DNA from: Candidatus Bathyarchaeota archaeon
GTDB lineage: Archaea; Thermoproteota; Bathyarchaeia; Bathyarchaeales; Bathycorpusculaceae
Direction of reading: 5' to 3'
Length of the DNA stretch: 64,000 nt
NCBI GenBank assembly: GCA_963707955.1
Contig: OY970176.1
Span: 1,184,001-1,248,000, forward strand
Below are positions 1 through 10,237 of this stretch, piece by piece. The notes beneath the pieces were generated by a model. It had not been told where the DNA came from. It made no database searches and saw only the letters and a program-made list of their open reading frames with translations. The first letter of the stretch is position 1. Every line of letters begins with the position of its first letter. Made by a program: the position numbers and the translations under genes.

Positions 1-1190
1 AAGGCAAAAGGCTACCTTTTGCAGTTCAGGAAAGGGCTGTTCTCGACATTTCATTGGGAGAAAACGCAGCCGTCGAAGAAGTTGATGGCAACACTATCCC
101 CCCCTCCTGGATTGAATCAGCTCAGGAGCTTCTGGACCTGCAAACCAGACCTGTAACGGCGATGATCTTAGGGAATGCGGACTCTGGAAAAACAGGTTTT
201 TGTACGTACCTAATCAACAAAGTCTTAGGTGAAAAACGTAAAGTCGCAGTTTTGGACGGAGACCTGGGTCAGTCAGACGTTGGGCCACCGTCAACCGTCG
301 CCTACGCTTTTGTGACCAAGGCAGTAACCGACCTCTTCAACCTTCAAGCAAAAAACGCGTTCTTCATTGGCGAAACGTCACCAGGCAACGCTGTAGACAA
401 GATGATCGAAGGTCTTTCCTTGCTGAAGAAAGAGATCATGGCTACCAATCCTGAGTTTTTGGTCATAAACACTGACGGCTGGGTCGAAGGAGAATGCGCC
501 GTTGCGTACAAACTCAACCTTGCTGAGGAACTTAAGCCTGAAGTGACTTTTTGCATCCGCCAAAGAGATGAACTAGCACCCCTCCTGACCGCTCTCGAAA
601 AATTCAAGAAAGTCACTGTTGAATCTCCTGCCGCAATAAGGCCCAGAGACAGCGAAAGACGCAAGACCCTTCGTGAACTCGGATACAAAAAATACCTGAG
701 AAACCCAAGAGTTCAGTCACTTTCGTTGAGCTGGCTGAAAGTTGAGGGAAACGATTCTTTTGGCTTGACCAAGCCTCACATGAACGGTAGGGAAGCAAGA
801 AGAATATGCGATCTCCTCGGAATGAAGCCCCTGCAACTATCAGAACTAAGTGACAGAATCAGCATAGTCATCGGCAGAAGACGCTGGATCAGCTCGGACA
901 ACATAAAGAAGGTTGAGCAGGCAACCAAAAAGAGGGTTGTGGTGACGAGAAAAGGCGAAGAAGAAAGGTTGCTTGCAGCTTTGTATGATGGCCAGAGAAG
1001 TTTTCTCGGCATCGGCATCTTGCAGGAAGTTGACTACCTTAGGAGGACCTTGAAAGTTATCACGCCTGTGTCTGAAGAAGCGTCAATCCTTGCCTTGGGA
1101 AAGGTGAAGCTTGACAAGAACATGAAAGAGATTTCCCTGACTGCTGAAGAAAACAACTTGGACTTTGCGTCTTTCAAGAAACTTTTTTGA
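1..1190 (+). CDS. Clp1/Grc3-family polynucleotide 5'-hydroxyl kinase (5' end outside window)
   Basis: P-loop GNADSGKT, D-G-D-L-G-Q and INTDGW motifs; frame is open from position 3 (GKRLPFAVQ...) so it begins upstream of the window. Confidence 0.85.
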   Translation, partial: GKRLPFAVQERAVLDISLGENAAVEEVDGNTIPPSWIESAQELLDLQTRPVTAMILGNADSGKTGFCTYLINKVLGEKRKVAVLDGDLGQSDVGPPSTVAYAFVTKAVTDLFNLQAKNAFFIGETSPGNAVDKMIEGLSLLKKEIMATNPEFLVINTDGWVEGECAVAYKLNLAEELKPEVTFCIRQRDELAPLLTALEKFKKVTVESPAAIRPRDSERRKTLRELGYKKYLRNPRVQSLSLSWLKVEGNDSFGLTKPHMNGREARRICDLLGMKPLQLSELSDRISIVIGRRRWISSDNIKKVEQATKKRVVVTRKGEEERLLAALYDGQRSFLGIGILQEVDYLRRTLKVITPVSEEASILALGKVKLDKNMKEISLTAEENNLDFASFKKLF

Positions 1191-1478
1191 AATAATGGAT
1201 GGCCAGAACGTTCTGAAGCCGTTGAGAACTGAATTCTTCCTCGACAGGTATGGCCTTTTGACCAAAGCCCGCGCTATTACGTCTGGATCGAATTTCGCTC
1301 GCTGAGTCTGGGGTGCGGGTGATTTTTGGACCGTTTTGGGGCTAGCCGACATCATGCGTTACGATGGCACGCGCGTTCTCGCGGATAAGAGGAGCGAGCT
1401 GTATTCCAAATTGGGCCCTCGTTGTTTTGTCGATGGTTCTGCTCCGAATAAAGAACGCGCGCCCACAACAGTCTTGTT

Positions 1479-2141
1479 CTAGCTTAATAGATGTCTCGAT
1501 GGGCAAAGTCTGGCTAAAGGGCATTCCTTGCACAGCGGGGTTTTTGCTTTGCAGTATTTTCTGCCGTGTGAGATTAGCAATATGTGAACAGCGAGATAGT
1601 CTTTCGGATCATAGATCAATTGAAGAGTTCTACGTACAGTTTCGTAGTCTGCCTCTTTAGCGACTAGGCCCAGCCGTTTCGATACTCTGTTAACGTGTGT
1701 ATCAACGGGTATCGTTGGTTTTTTGGCGCTGAACAGCAATAACACGTCTGCTGTTTTGGGTCCGACGCCGGGAAGTTGTAACAGCTCTTCTCTTGCCTCA
1801 TCGAGAGGCTTCGAAAGGATTTCTGCTAGGTTGCCGTTGTATTTCTTGAGTATTATCCTTGAGACTTGTTGTATCGCTCGAGCTTTGTTGTGGTACAGGC
1901 CAGCAACTTTCAAGCAGTTTTCGATCTGTTTGATTTCAGTCTCTGCGAGGGTTTCGGGAGTTATTCGGAACTTGTTCGAGAGGTTTTCGAAGGCTCTTGC
2001 TGTGTTCTTGTCGTTGGTGTTTTGTGAAATGATCGTTGCAATCAACGTTGCGAATGAGTCGCGAGTCGCGGTCGTCCATGTTGCCATCGCAAACGCGGTG
2101 CGAAGTATTCTGAGGATTGTTTCGGCACGACGGTCAGCCAT
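1479..2141 (-). CDS. nth: Endonuclease III (HhH-GPD DNA glycosylase)
   Basis: LPGVGPKTA HhH, PVDTHV, C-terminal CxxxxxxCxxCxxxxxC Fe-S cluster; likely ATG at 2141. Confidence 0.93.
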   Translation of the reverse strand: MADRRAETILRILRTAFAMATWTTATRDSFATLIATIISQNTNDKNTARAFENLSNKFRITPETLAETEIKQIENCLKVAGLYHNKARAIQQVSRIILKKYNGNLAEILSKPLDEAREELLQLPGVGPKTADVLLLFSAKKPTIPVDTHVNRVSKRLGLVAKEADYETVRRTLQLIYDPKDYLAVHILLISHGRKYCKAKTPLCKECPLARLCPSRHLLS

Positions 2142-2214
2142 TACGGAGCCTCGTGTTTTGAAAGTAATAAATAGTGAGTGCTTAGAGCTACTAATAAACA
2201 ATGGAGAGGGAAGG

Positions 2215-2586
2215 TTGGAGCGGGCAAGAGTCTTTAAGGACGAAATAACTGAGCAGAGCACGCGTTTTCTTGCGGTCTATGTGGAAGCGAAGAATTCATG
2301 TTTGGTAATGCTGAGCGAGAGGGAAGACAAGCTTGGGACGCTTGCAATCGCTGTTCCAAGACCGAAGGATCTGCTCGGCCCCCCATCGTCATCAGTTCTC
2401 CTCGGGGACAAGAACGCGATTTCAGCCCGCATGTTTGCAGAATACTTGGCTGCAAGAAAGGAGAAGATAGCGTTGGTCTCGGTTTATCTTGAAACGATGG
2501 ATGAGACGCAGGCGCAATCAGTCTTCAAACGCTTGATAGAGAGGGTTGTCCAAGAGCAGCCGCAGAAGGAGGCGTCTGGCGCATGA
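2215..2586 (+). CDS. Hypothetical protein, possibly proteasome assembly chaperone 4-like
   Basis: 3' part of ORF 1723..2586; TTG at 2215 after GGAGAGGG; 'LGTLAIAVP...SSSVLLG...SARMFAEYLA' pattern; stop overlaps the ubiD start (ATGA). Confidence 0.6.
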   Translation: MERARVFKDEITEQSTRFLAVYVEAKNSCLVMLSEREDKLGTLAIAVPRPKDLLGPPSSSVLLGDKNAISARMFAEYLAARKEKIALVSVYLETMDETQAQSVFKRLIERVVQEQPQKEASGA

Positions 2587-3929
2587 GCCTCAGAGAATTT
2601 CTTAAACAAATGGAAAAAGAAAGAGAAGTTTTGCACGTAAAGGATGAAGTTTCCTCACGCTTTGAAATGGCGTACGTAATGAAGAGCTTTGACAATGAAG
2701 GCCCAATTCTGCTTTTTGAGTACGTGAAGAATCATGCGACGAAGGTTGTTGCTAACGTCTCTGGGACTAGAGGGAGAATTTACAGAGCGCTCAATGTTGG
2801 CCATGATGAGCTTTATGGAAGACTGACAGCTGCTTGGCGCTTGCCAAGTAAACCCAACGCAGTCAACAATGCCGCGGTTAAAGAGTGTAAAGAGAAAGAT
2901 GTTGACTTATCGAGGATTCCTGTTCTTTCTCACTTTGAGAAGGACGCGGGGCCTTACATCACTTCGGCAGTTGTGCATGCTAGAAGCCTCGACGGAGAGG
3001 TTGAGAACGTGTCAGTACATCGCCTTCAGGTTTTGGACAGAGAGCACTTGGCTATTCGTTTGGTGCCTCGGCATCTCTTCAAATTGTGGCGAATGGCAAA
3101 AGAGGCTGGAAAAGACCTTGACGTAGCGATCTCTGTAGGCGTTCACCCGGCAGTCTTGCTGGCAGCTTCTTGTCCTCTGCCCTTCGGCGTGAGCGAGTAT
3201 GGCGTTGCAAACGCCCTGTTGGACAACAACCTCAAGCTGACTGAGTGTGAGCACGTGAATGCTTGTTCCCCAACTGAGGCTGAACTTGTCTTGGAAGGAA
3301 AAATCTCGGCGACGAAGGAGGTTGCTGAGGGCCCGTTTGTCGATGTCACTGGAACTTATGATGTGCAGAGAAAACAGCCGGTTGTAGACATCGTAGGTCT
3401 TACGCATAGACGGGAATATGTCTATCATGCGCTTCTCTCGTCTGGAGCTGAGCACAGGCTCCTGATGGGGTTGCCTCACGAAGTGCTGATCTGGGAAGCA
3501 GTTTCGAAGGTTGTACCGAGGGTTTGTGCAGTAAACCTGTCAGCCGGTGGAAGTGGGTGGCTTCACGCCGTGATCTCTGTTGAGAAACAACTTGAAGGTG
3601 ATGGGAAGAACGCTTTGTTGGCGGCCTTTGCGGCGCATCCGAGTTTGAAGCATGCGGTAGTCGTGGATTCTGACATTGACGTGTGTGACGTTTCAGACGT
3701 GGAGTGGGCTGTTGCGACGCGTTTTCAAGGAAGTGAAGACTTGATCATGATGGAAAACGTGCGCGGTTCAAGTTTGGATCCTTCAGCGGATCAGGAGAGG
3801 GTCTTGACTGCGAAAGTGGGCTTTGACGCCACTAGACCTTTGGGGAAGCCGAGAGAGAAGTTTGAAAAAGCGAGGATTCCGGCTGGGGATAATGCTGAAA
3901 AGATCGTTCGCGGGTTGCGTAGAGCATGA
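2583..3929 (+). CDS. UbiD-family prFMN-dependent decarboxylase
   Basis: NVSVHR, EGPFVDVTGTY, VVDSDIDV, VEWAVATR, SSLDPS motifs. Confidence 0.92.
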   Translation: MSLREFLKQMEKEREVLHVKDEVSSRFEMAYVMKSFDNEGPILLFEYVKNHATKVVANVSGTRGRIYRALNVGHDELYGRLTAAWRLPSKPNAVNNAAVKECKEKDVDLSRIPVLSHFEKDAGPYITSAVVHARSLDGEVENVSVHRLQVLDREHLAIRLVPRHLFKLWRMAKEAGKDLDVAISVGVHPAVLLAASCPLPFGVSEYGVANALLDNNLKLTECEHVNACSPTEAELVLEGKISATKEVAEGPFVDVTGTYDVQRKQPVVDIVGLTHRREYVYHALLSSGAEHRLLMGLPHEVLIWEAVSKVVPRVCAVNLSAGGSGWLHAVISVEKQLEGDGKNALLAAFAAHPSLKHAVVVDSDIDVCDVSDVEWAVATRFQGSEDLIMMENVRGSSLDPSADQERVLTAKVGFDATRPLGKPREKFEKARIPAGDNAEKIVRGLRRA

Positions 3930-3944
3930 GTGGAGGTGATTTGT

Positions 3945-4433
3945 TTGGCGGGAGAGAAAAGGAGGGAAGGAGACGTGTCTCTTAGAGTTGAGGACGTCAT
4001 GGTGAAGGAGGTCATCACCATAGACGAAGACTTTACTGTGAAAGAGGCTGCCGAAATCATGAACAAGTTTGAGATCGGTTGCCTGATCGGCGTAAAAAGA
4101 GGAAAGGCCAACGGAATACTGACTGAACGAGACGTGCTGAAAAGGGTGGTTGCAGAAGGAAAAGATGCGAGTAAGACTAAGGTCAGAGATGCTATGACGA
4201 GTCCTCTGGTTATCGCTGAGCCGGGCATGGACCTCGCGGAAGCGGTGAAGCTGATGTTTCAGATGAAAATCAAGAAACTGCCTGTGGTTGATGGAAAACG
4301 CCTCGTAGGCTTGGTGAGTCTAACGGATATAGCTCGTTTTCAGCCTCAGATGATCACTATACTGAAGCAGCTTGCAGCGAGACAGACACCACCGAAAAGC
4401 ATGCAGAAAGTCATCGACCGCTACGTTGTCTAG
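3945..4433 (+). CDS. CBS-domain pair protein
   Basis: Two CBS repeats (GILTERD, GLVSLTD); SD GGAGGTGA 3932-3939 favours TTG 3945. Confidence 0.88.
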   Translation: MAGEKRREGDVSLRVEDVMVKEVITIDEDFTVKEAAEIMNKFEIGCLIGVKRGKANGILTERDVLKRVVAEGKDASKTKVRDAMTSPLVIAEPGMDLAEAVKLMFQMKIKKLPVVDGKRLVGLVSLTDIARFQPQMITILKQLAARQTPPKSMQKVIDRYVV

Positions 4434-4901
4434 ACAAACGCGCATGGTCCCTGTTCCGATCCTAAGCGAACATGACTGTTCGGAAATTTCCTAGCACGCG
4501 CTAGGCATGAGCGCTACATCCCTGTATTCGCGTTTTCACCTCGTCTATTCCACCCTCCCCCTCCCCCCTAGGGTACTAGTACTGCACGTAGGCGTTGGCG
4601 AGGGCCCTAGTGGATTTGCATGGGCTTGAGGACGAGTGCGCACCGAGCGCTCGGCGTAGAGTCTGCGCAAGGGTAGTAACTTTTCAATGCACTGTCTTGA
4701 AGTAGCCTTCTGTTTTCGCATTCCCGCTGAGACCTTGCCAAGACGCGCGTCACTGCCGCCTGAAGTGTGAGGCTTCCCGCGCAGGTTTTTGACAAGAGCC
4801 TTTATCGTCGATAATTTACGGCTTGGGCGGAAAACTGCCTGAACCTTTCAGGTTTCTTTCTGAAAGAAGTTTAAATGCGCAGTTTTCACTTTATAGTTTG
4901 G

Positions 4902-5960
4902 ATGAAGAAGACAATAACGCTGAAAGTAGACCCTCAGGAACCCGACATAGAAAAGATTCGCATAGCGGCGGGTTTCGTCCGAAGAGGCGGGTTAGTGGCC
5001 TTTCCCACCGAAACAGTGTATGGTCTTGGGACGGATGCCTTGAACTCGAAGGCTGTTTTAGCCCTTTTTGATGCGAAGAAGCGTCCACTCGACAACCCTC
5101 CGATCGTGCATGTGGGTCATGTGAGGGATGTTCGCAGGTTGGTTGAAGACGTTTCCTCTGAGGGGGAGAAGCTGATGAGAGAGTTCTGGCCTGGACCGCT
5201 AACGTTGATTTTCAGACGCTCGAAGATTGTGCCAGACGTGACTGTTGCTGGGTTGGACACGATTGCGATAAGAATGCCGAGGCACAATGTTGCATTGGCC
5301 CTGATCAGGGAAAGCCGCTGCCCAATTTCGGCGCCGAGCGCAAATCTCGCGGGAAAGCCGAGTCCAACGTTGGCAAGGCATGTCTTAGATGACCTTAACG
5401 GTAGGATAGACGCCGTTTTGGATGCTGGACCGACAAACATAGGAGTGGAGTCCACCGTTCTGGACTTAACTGTTAACCCGCCTCAAGTGCTACGTCCAGG
5501 CGGGACGCCGTTTGAGTTGTTGAAGAAAGCTCTTGGCAGAGTGGAGCTTAATCCAGTCGTCACAGCTGAGAAGCCGTTGCCCGTTGAGAAGGCTCGCTCG
5601 CCAGGGGTCAAGCATAAGCATTATGCTCCTAACGCTGATGTTGTGGTAGTTGAAGGGAAATTGCCCGCAGTAGTTGAAAAAGTTGTCGAGTTAACGAAGT
5701 TCTACAAGCGCAGAGGGAGCCCAGTCGGCGTTCTTTGCACGGATGAGACCGCTCAATACTACGATGCAGACGTTGTGAAGTCTCTCGGAAGCAGAAGCGA
5801 TTTGGCCGAAGTCGCTCGAAACCTGTTCAGGCTTCTGAGGGAGTTTAACCTGGAAAAAGTGGACGTGATCGTCGCGGAGGGCTTGCCACTTGAAGGATTA
5901 GGGCTTGCTGTTATGAACAGGCTTCGCAAGGCTGCCGGATACAACATTGTCAAAGCGTAA
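4902..5960 (+). CDS. sua5: L-threonylcarbamoyladenylate synthase Sua5 (t6A)
   Basis: AFPTETVYGLG, KxRPxDNP, APSAN motifs plus SUA5 C-terminal domain (SPGxKHKHYAP). Confidence 0.95.
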   Translation: MKKTITLKVDPQEPDIEKIRIAAGFVRRGGLVAFPTETVYGLGTDALNSKAVLALFDAKKRPLDNPPIVHVGHVRDVRRLVEDVSSEGEKLMREFWPGPLTLIFRRSKIVPDVTVAGLDTIAIRMPRHNVALALIRESRCPISAPSANLAGKPSPTLARHVLDDLNGRIDAVLDAGPTNIGVESTVLDLTVNPPQVLRPGGTPFELLKKALGRVELNPVVTAEKPLPVEKARSPGVKHKHYAPNADVVVVEGKLPAVVEKVVELTKFYKRRGSPVGVLCTDETAQYYDADVVKSLGSRSDLAEVARNLFRLLREFNLEKVDVIVAEGLPLEGLGLAVMNRLRKAAGYNIVKA

Positions 5961-6013
5961 ATTCTTTTCAGGAGAGCGTAGCAGACTGTGAACTGCCCAA
6001 CTTGAGACTTCCC

Positions 6014-7675
6014 CTACTTAAGCATGGGCATCTTGATGCTCTTCTCTTTAGCCATCTTTTGCGCGTTCTCGTAGCCCGCGTCTGCGTGGCGGACTATGGC
6101 CAACCCTGGGTCGGATGTCAGCACGGTGACTAATCTTTTCTCCATTTCCTTGGTTCCATCCGCAACCAAGCACATTCCAGCGTGGATGCTGTAGCCTATT
6201 CCAACACCCCCGCCGTGATGTACGCTTACCCATGTAGCGCCGCCGACGGCGTTTATCAAAGCGTTGAGTATCGGCCAGTCTGCGACTGCGTCACTGCCGT
6301 CTTTCATGCCCTCGGTCTCGCGGTTTGGTGAAGCCACGCTTCCGCCGTCCAAATGGTCGCGGCCTATCCAAACGGGCCCCGAGATGTCTCCGTTCGCGAC
6401 CATGGTGTTGATGGTTTTTCCAAACCTTGCGCGTTCACCGAAACCGAGCCAGCAGACCCGGGCTGGTAAGCCTTGAAACTTCACCTGTTCTTTGGCTTTT
6501 CTTATCCACCGGCACAATTCCTTGTTGTACGCGAAGTCTTTCAGAATGACATCATCGAGCTTGTAGACGTCGTCTTCGCTGCCGACGAGTGACGCCCAAC
6601 GGAACGGGCCCTTTCCCTCGCAGAACTTGGGCCGTATGTATCGCATCACGAAACCCGGGTACGAGAAGGCTTCTTTAAAACCGGCTTTGTAGGCTTGTTC
6701 TCGCAGGTTGTTGCCGTAATCAAAAGTGACGGCGCCTTTGCGCATCATTCTGACCATGGTCTCTACTTGCAGACGCATGCTTGAACTTGCACGTCGGCAG
6801 TATTCTTTCGGGTCGCTCTTTCGCAGCTCGTCTGCATCTTCCTTGCTCAGACCGGCGGGGTAGTAGCCGTTCAGCGGATCATGCGCGCTAGTCTGGTCAG
6901 TCAGGACGTCAGGTATGATGCCTCGATTCAGAAGTTCAGGATACACCTCCGCAGCGTTGCCCAGCAGGCCGATGCTTCTTGGAACGCCCTGTTTCTTCGC
7001 TTCCAAGGCAAGGTTCACAGCTTCGTCCAAGCTGTCCGTCCATGTTTCCAAGTATCCGTGCTTACACGTGCGGTCAATTGCCCGTTTGTCTATCTCAACG
7101 ACGAGCGCAACGCCCTCGTTCATCGTAACCGCCAAAGGCTGAGTTCCACCCATCTCACCCAGACCTGCCGTCAACTCAAGCTTTCCGCGCAGGTTTCCAC
7201 CGAAGTGCTCCTTAGCGACTTCGGCCAAGGTTTCGTAAGTGCCCTGCAGGATGCCCTGCGTTCCAATGTAGGCCCAAGACCCCGCCGTCATCTGTCCATA
7301 CATGATTAAGCCTTTCTGCTCCAACTCGTAAAAATAGTCCCAGTTGGCCCAATTTGGCACAAGCATAGCGTTGACGATCAGAGCCCTCGGAGCCCACTCG
7401 TGCGTCTTGAAAACCGCCACAGGCTTGCCGCTTTGGATGAGCATTGTTTCATCGGTTTCGAGTTCGGTTAACGTTTCGACTATGCGGTCGAAACACTCCC
7501 AGCTCCGAGCAGCCCGACCGGTTCCACCGTAAACAATAAGCCTGTCAGGGTCCTTGGCCACGTCGGGGTCAAGAACGTTGCAGAGCATCCGCAGAATTCC
7601 TTCAATCTGCCAGTTCTTGCAATGCAGCTCGTGGCCAGTCAGGCATCGAATAGGCCTAGTGAGCTTGATCAACAT
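6014..7675 (-). CDS. hutU: Urocanate hydratase
   Basis: [34 protein letters not shown] motifs. Confidence 0.97.
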   Translation of the reverse strand: MLIKLTRPIRCLTGHELHCKNWQIEGILRMLCNVLDPDVAKDPDRLIVYGGTGRAARSWECFDRIVETLTELETDETMLIQSGKPVAVFKTHEWAPRALIVNAMLVPNWANWDYFYELEQKGLIMYGQMTAGSWAYIGTQGILQGTYETLAEVAKEHFGGNLRGKLELTAGLGEMGGTQPLAVTMNEGVALVVEIDKRAIDRTCKHGYLETWTDSLDEAVNLALEAKKQGVPRSIGLLGNAAEVYPELLNRGIIPDVLTDQTSAHDPLNGYYPAGLSKEDADELRKSDPKEYCRRASSSMRLQVETMVRMMRKGAVTFDYGNNLREQAYKAGFKEAFSYPGFVMRYIRPKFCEGKGPFRWASLVGSEDDVYKLDDVILKDFAYNKELCRWIRKAKEQVKFQGLPARVCWLGFGERARFGKTINTMVANGDISGPVWIGRDHLDGGSVASPNRETEGMKDGSDAVADWPILNALINAVGGATWVSVHHGGGVGIGYSIHAGMCLVADGTKEMEKRLVTVLTSDPGLAIVRHADAGYENAQKMAKEKSIKMPMLK

Positions 7676-7754
7676 GGTTCACCAGTCTCCAAAATATGTA
7701 ACCACACTTTAATTCTTTGCCCAGTTCTCTCAAGCCCTAAGAGGCTGAGGACGT

Positions 7755-9086
7755 TCACATTTCCTGTTCTTCTAAGAGGCGGAATTCGCTTCGACTTGCC
7801 TCCTTGTCGACTACCAGCCTGCCGTTCTTGATCACTTTGTCAACCAAGTTCACGCCGAAGCGGTACCCGAGGAACTTGTGGTTTGGCACCTCCAGAACGA
7901 TTATGTCGGCCTTCTTGCCGACTTCTAGGCTTCCAATTTCGCCCGCTCTGCAAACAGCGTGTGCAGCGTTGATCGTTGCCGCTGTTATGGCTTCAGCCGG
8001 CGTTAACTTCATGAAGTGACAGGCGAAGGCGATGACCAACTGTTGGTTCTCAACCCAGCAGCTTGGGTTGAAATCGGTGCCCAAAGCCACCGGAACGCCT
8101 GAGTTGATCATTTTTCGAGCATCCGCGTAACGACCGCTCATCAGGCTGAAGGCCGCTGCAGGCAGCAAAGTGGCCAAGACTCCTTTGTCAGCCATAGCCT
8201 TTATGCCTTTGTCGGAAGAAAAAAGCATGTGGTCAGCTGAGACCGCTCCGACGCTGGCGGCAAGTTCTGTCCCTCCCAGCAGACTGATCTCGTCAGCGTG
8301 CACCCTGGGCTTCAAGCCCGAGTTCTTGCCCGCCACCAAGATGCGCCTAGCTTGGTCAAGAGTGAAGACTCCTCGCTCGCAAAAAACGTCGCAGAACTCT
8401 GCGAGTCCTTTCCCAGCCACTTTGGGAATCATCTCGCTGATGATCAGACTCACATAGTCTTCTGGGCTGTTTGAAAATTCTGGAGGAACGGCGTGTGCTC
8501 CGAGGAAAGTTGGAACCAAGTCAACCGTGTGCATCTCGTTAAGGCGCTGGATGGCCTCCAGTATCTTTAACTCGTCCTTAGTCGTCAGCCCGTAGCCGCT
8601 CTTAGCCTCCACAGTTGTCGTTCCGTGCTCCAACATGGCGTTCAGTGTCTCAGTGCCGTTTTCAACGAGCTTTTCGACGCTTGCTCTCCGCGTCTCTCTG
8701 ACAGTTTTCAGGATGCCGCCGCCCGCGTCGAGGATCTCCATGTAGGGAGCCCCTTCGACCCGCATCTGAAACTCGTCCTCTCTTGAGCCAGCAAAGACAA
8801 GGTGCGTGTGTGGGTCGATGAAGCCTGGCAACACTGTTTTGCCGCTGGCGTTCACGACGTTTTCAGCCTTGTAAACCTTCGTGATTTCGGACGTGCTTCC
8901 GACTGCGGCAATTGTTCCATCCTTAACCGCTAGAGCACCGTTGCGCATTATTCCGAGATCGAGCATCTGTTTGCCGGTGCGTGGTTTTTGATTGTTGCCT
9001 CCAAGTGTAACTAGCTCGTTAGCGTTTACGATGAGCAAGTCTGCCTTTTCCTTTGCTTTTGACCGAGCGGCTTTATTCAAAGGCAC
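7755..9086 (-). CDS. hutI: Imidazolonepropionase
   Basis: PGFIDPHTH, GTTTVEAKSGYGL, DVFCE, GTDFNP; start uncertain (9080-9098). Confidence 0.95.
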   Translation of the reverse strand: MPLNKAARSKAKEKADLLIVNANELVTLGGNNQKPRTGKQMLDLGIMRNGALAVKDGTIAAVGSTSEITKVYKAENVVNASGKTVLPGFIDPHTHLVFAGSREDEFQMRVEGAPYMEILDAGGGILKTVRETRRASVEKLVENGTETLNAMLEHGTTTVEAKSGYGLTTKDELKILEAIQRLNEMHTVDLVPTFLGAHAVPPEFSNSPEDYVSLIISEMIPKVAGKGLAEFCDVFCERGVFTLDQARRILVAGKNSGLKPRVHADEISLLGGTELAASVGAVSADHMLFSSDKGIKAMADKGVLATLLPAAAFSLMSGRYADARKMINSGVPVALGTDFNPSCWVENQQLVIAFACHFMKLTPAEAITAATINAAHAVCRAGEIGSLEVGKKADIIVLEVPNHKFLGYRFGVNLVDKVIKNGRLVVDKEASRSEFRLLEEQEM

Positions 9087-9990
9087 CGCCTTTCTCAATG
9101 GCGTCTTGAATGGCTATCTCCAGCACGCGGTCTTCCGTGAGGTTGTCGACTTTCAGGTAGTACGCTGCCACGTCTATGAGGGCTTTCAATGGCGCCATGC
9201 CGCAGAATTCTGAGCCTACTATTGGCACGTTGTAGCGTGCGGCTTCTACCTTGAGCGCTTCGAACACGCGGTAGAGAGGAGTCTTTTCGAAATCGCTTAT
9301 GCTCATGCCTATCTGTGTAATGTTCTTGTTCGGAAGGGACGCAGCCATGGCTTTGACGTTTGTGAATCCTCCCTTGGTTGCGTGCAAGGCCTTCGCGATC
9401 TTCTTGGCGACTGTGAGGTCCGCAGTGCCCAGGTTGACGTTGAAGCCGGCCATAACTCTTCTGGCTCCAGTTATCGTTGCGCCAGCCGTGCGATGCGGTT
9501 TTGATGGGCCATAGTCGGGTTTGCGTTTAGGCTTGGAAATCATTTCAGAAAGTTTCTCGTAGTCGCCTTCGCGTATCCAATCCAGGTCTTTCCGTTCAGG
9601 TTTGGTTGCTGCCTCGCCGTACAAGTAAACTGGCAACCCGCATTTTTTGGCCAGAGCTTGTCCAAATTCTTTGGCAAGTTCAACACAATCCTCCATCGTC
9701 ACATTCTTTGACGGTATGAACGGGACAACATCAACGGCTCCGATTCTCGGATGCTGACCCTTATGTTTTCGCATGTCGATCAGTTCTACGGCTTTGAAGG
9801 ACATGTTTAGCGCGGCTTCAAGAACCGATTTCTTATTGCCCACGAATGAGACTACTAAGCGATTGTAATGATCGTCATAAGTTTGGTCAAGCAAGAAGGC
9901 GTTCCTGGTCTTCTTAAGTTCGTTGAGAATTGATTTTACAACCTTAGGGTCTGAAGTGCTGAAATTCGGAACGCACTCGACAATCTCCAA
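9073..9990 (-). CDS. ftcD: Glutamate formimidoyltransferase (transferase domain only)
   Basis: ECVPNFS, HxGQHPRIGAVDVVPF, LPVYLY, GAT..GAR motifs; likely TTG start at 9990. Confidence 0.92.
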   Translation of the reverse strand: MEIVECVPNFSTSDPKVVKSILNELKKTRNAFLLDQTYDDHYNRLVVSFVGNKKSVLEAALNMSFKAVELIDMRKHKGQHPRIGAVDVVPFIPSKNVTMEDCVELAKEFGQALAKKCGLPVYLYGEAATKPERKDLDWIREGDYEKLSEMISKPKRKPDYGPSKPHRTAGATITGARRVMAGFNVNLGTADLTVAKKIAKALHATKGGFTNVKAMAASLPNKNITQIGMSISDFEKTPLYRVFEALKVEAARYNVPIVGSEFCGMAPLKALIDVAAYYLKVDNLTEDRVLEIAIQDAIEKGGAFE

Positions 9991-10237
9991 ACGCCATCTC
10001 ACCAGCTTAAAACAACTCGCAACACGAGGTAATTAAAACAACTGGTCGAATAAAGGCATTCTATCCTGACACAACCTACCAAAGTAAAAAAGAGGGATTA
10101 CGCCTTGCGAACGGTGATTCAGCCGTCAGCGTTTTTCTCGATTTTGAACAGCATGTGCCAAGCGTCGCGCCCCTGCTCACTTTAGTGGGTCGTCGATAAA
10201 GTGTGCGCGCTAATTCGGAACGTGATTTCAGTTAGCT

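Noticed and set aside
1723-2214. 5' extension of ORF 1723..2586
   Set aside because: Antisense to nth; real start likely TTG 2215.
3927-3945. ubiD TGA in frame with the CBS gene (possible Sec readthrough)
   Set aside because: A strong SD right after the stop supports independent initiation; UbiD is already full length.
4434-4901. Possible RNase P RNA, SRP RNA or ORB-containing origin
   Set aside because: Conserved cores not found by eye and no cdc6/orc1 nearby; kept only as an unexplained structured region.
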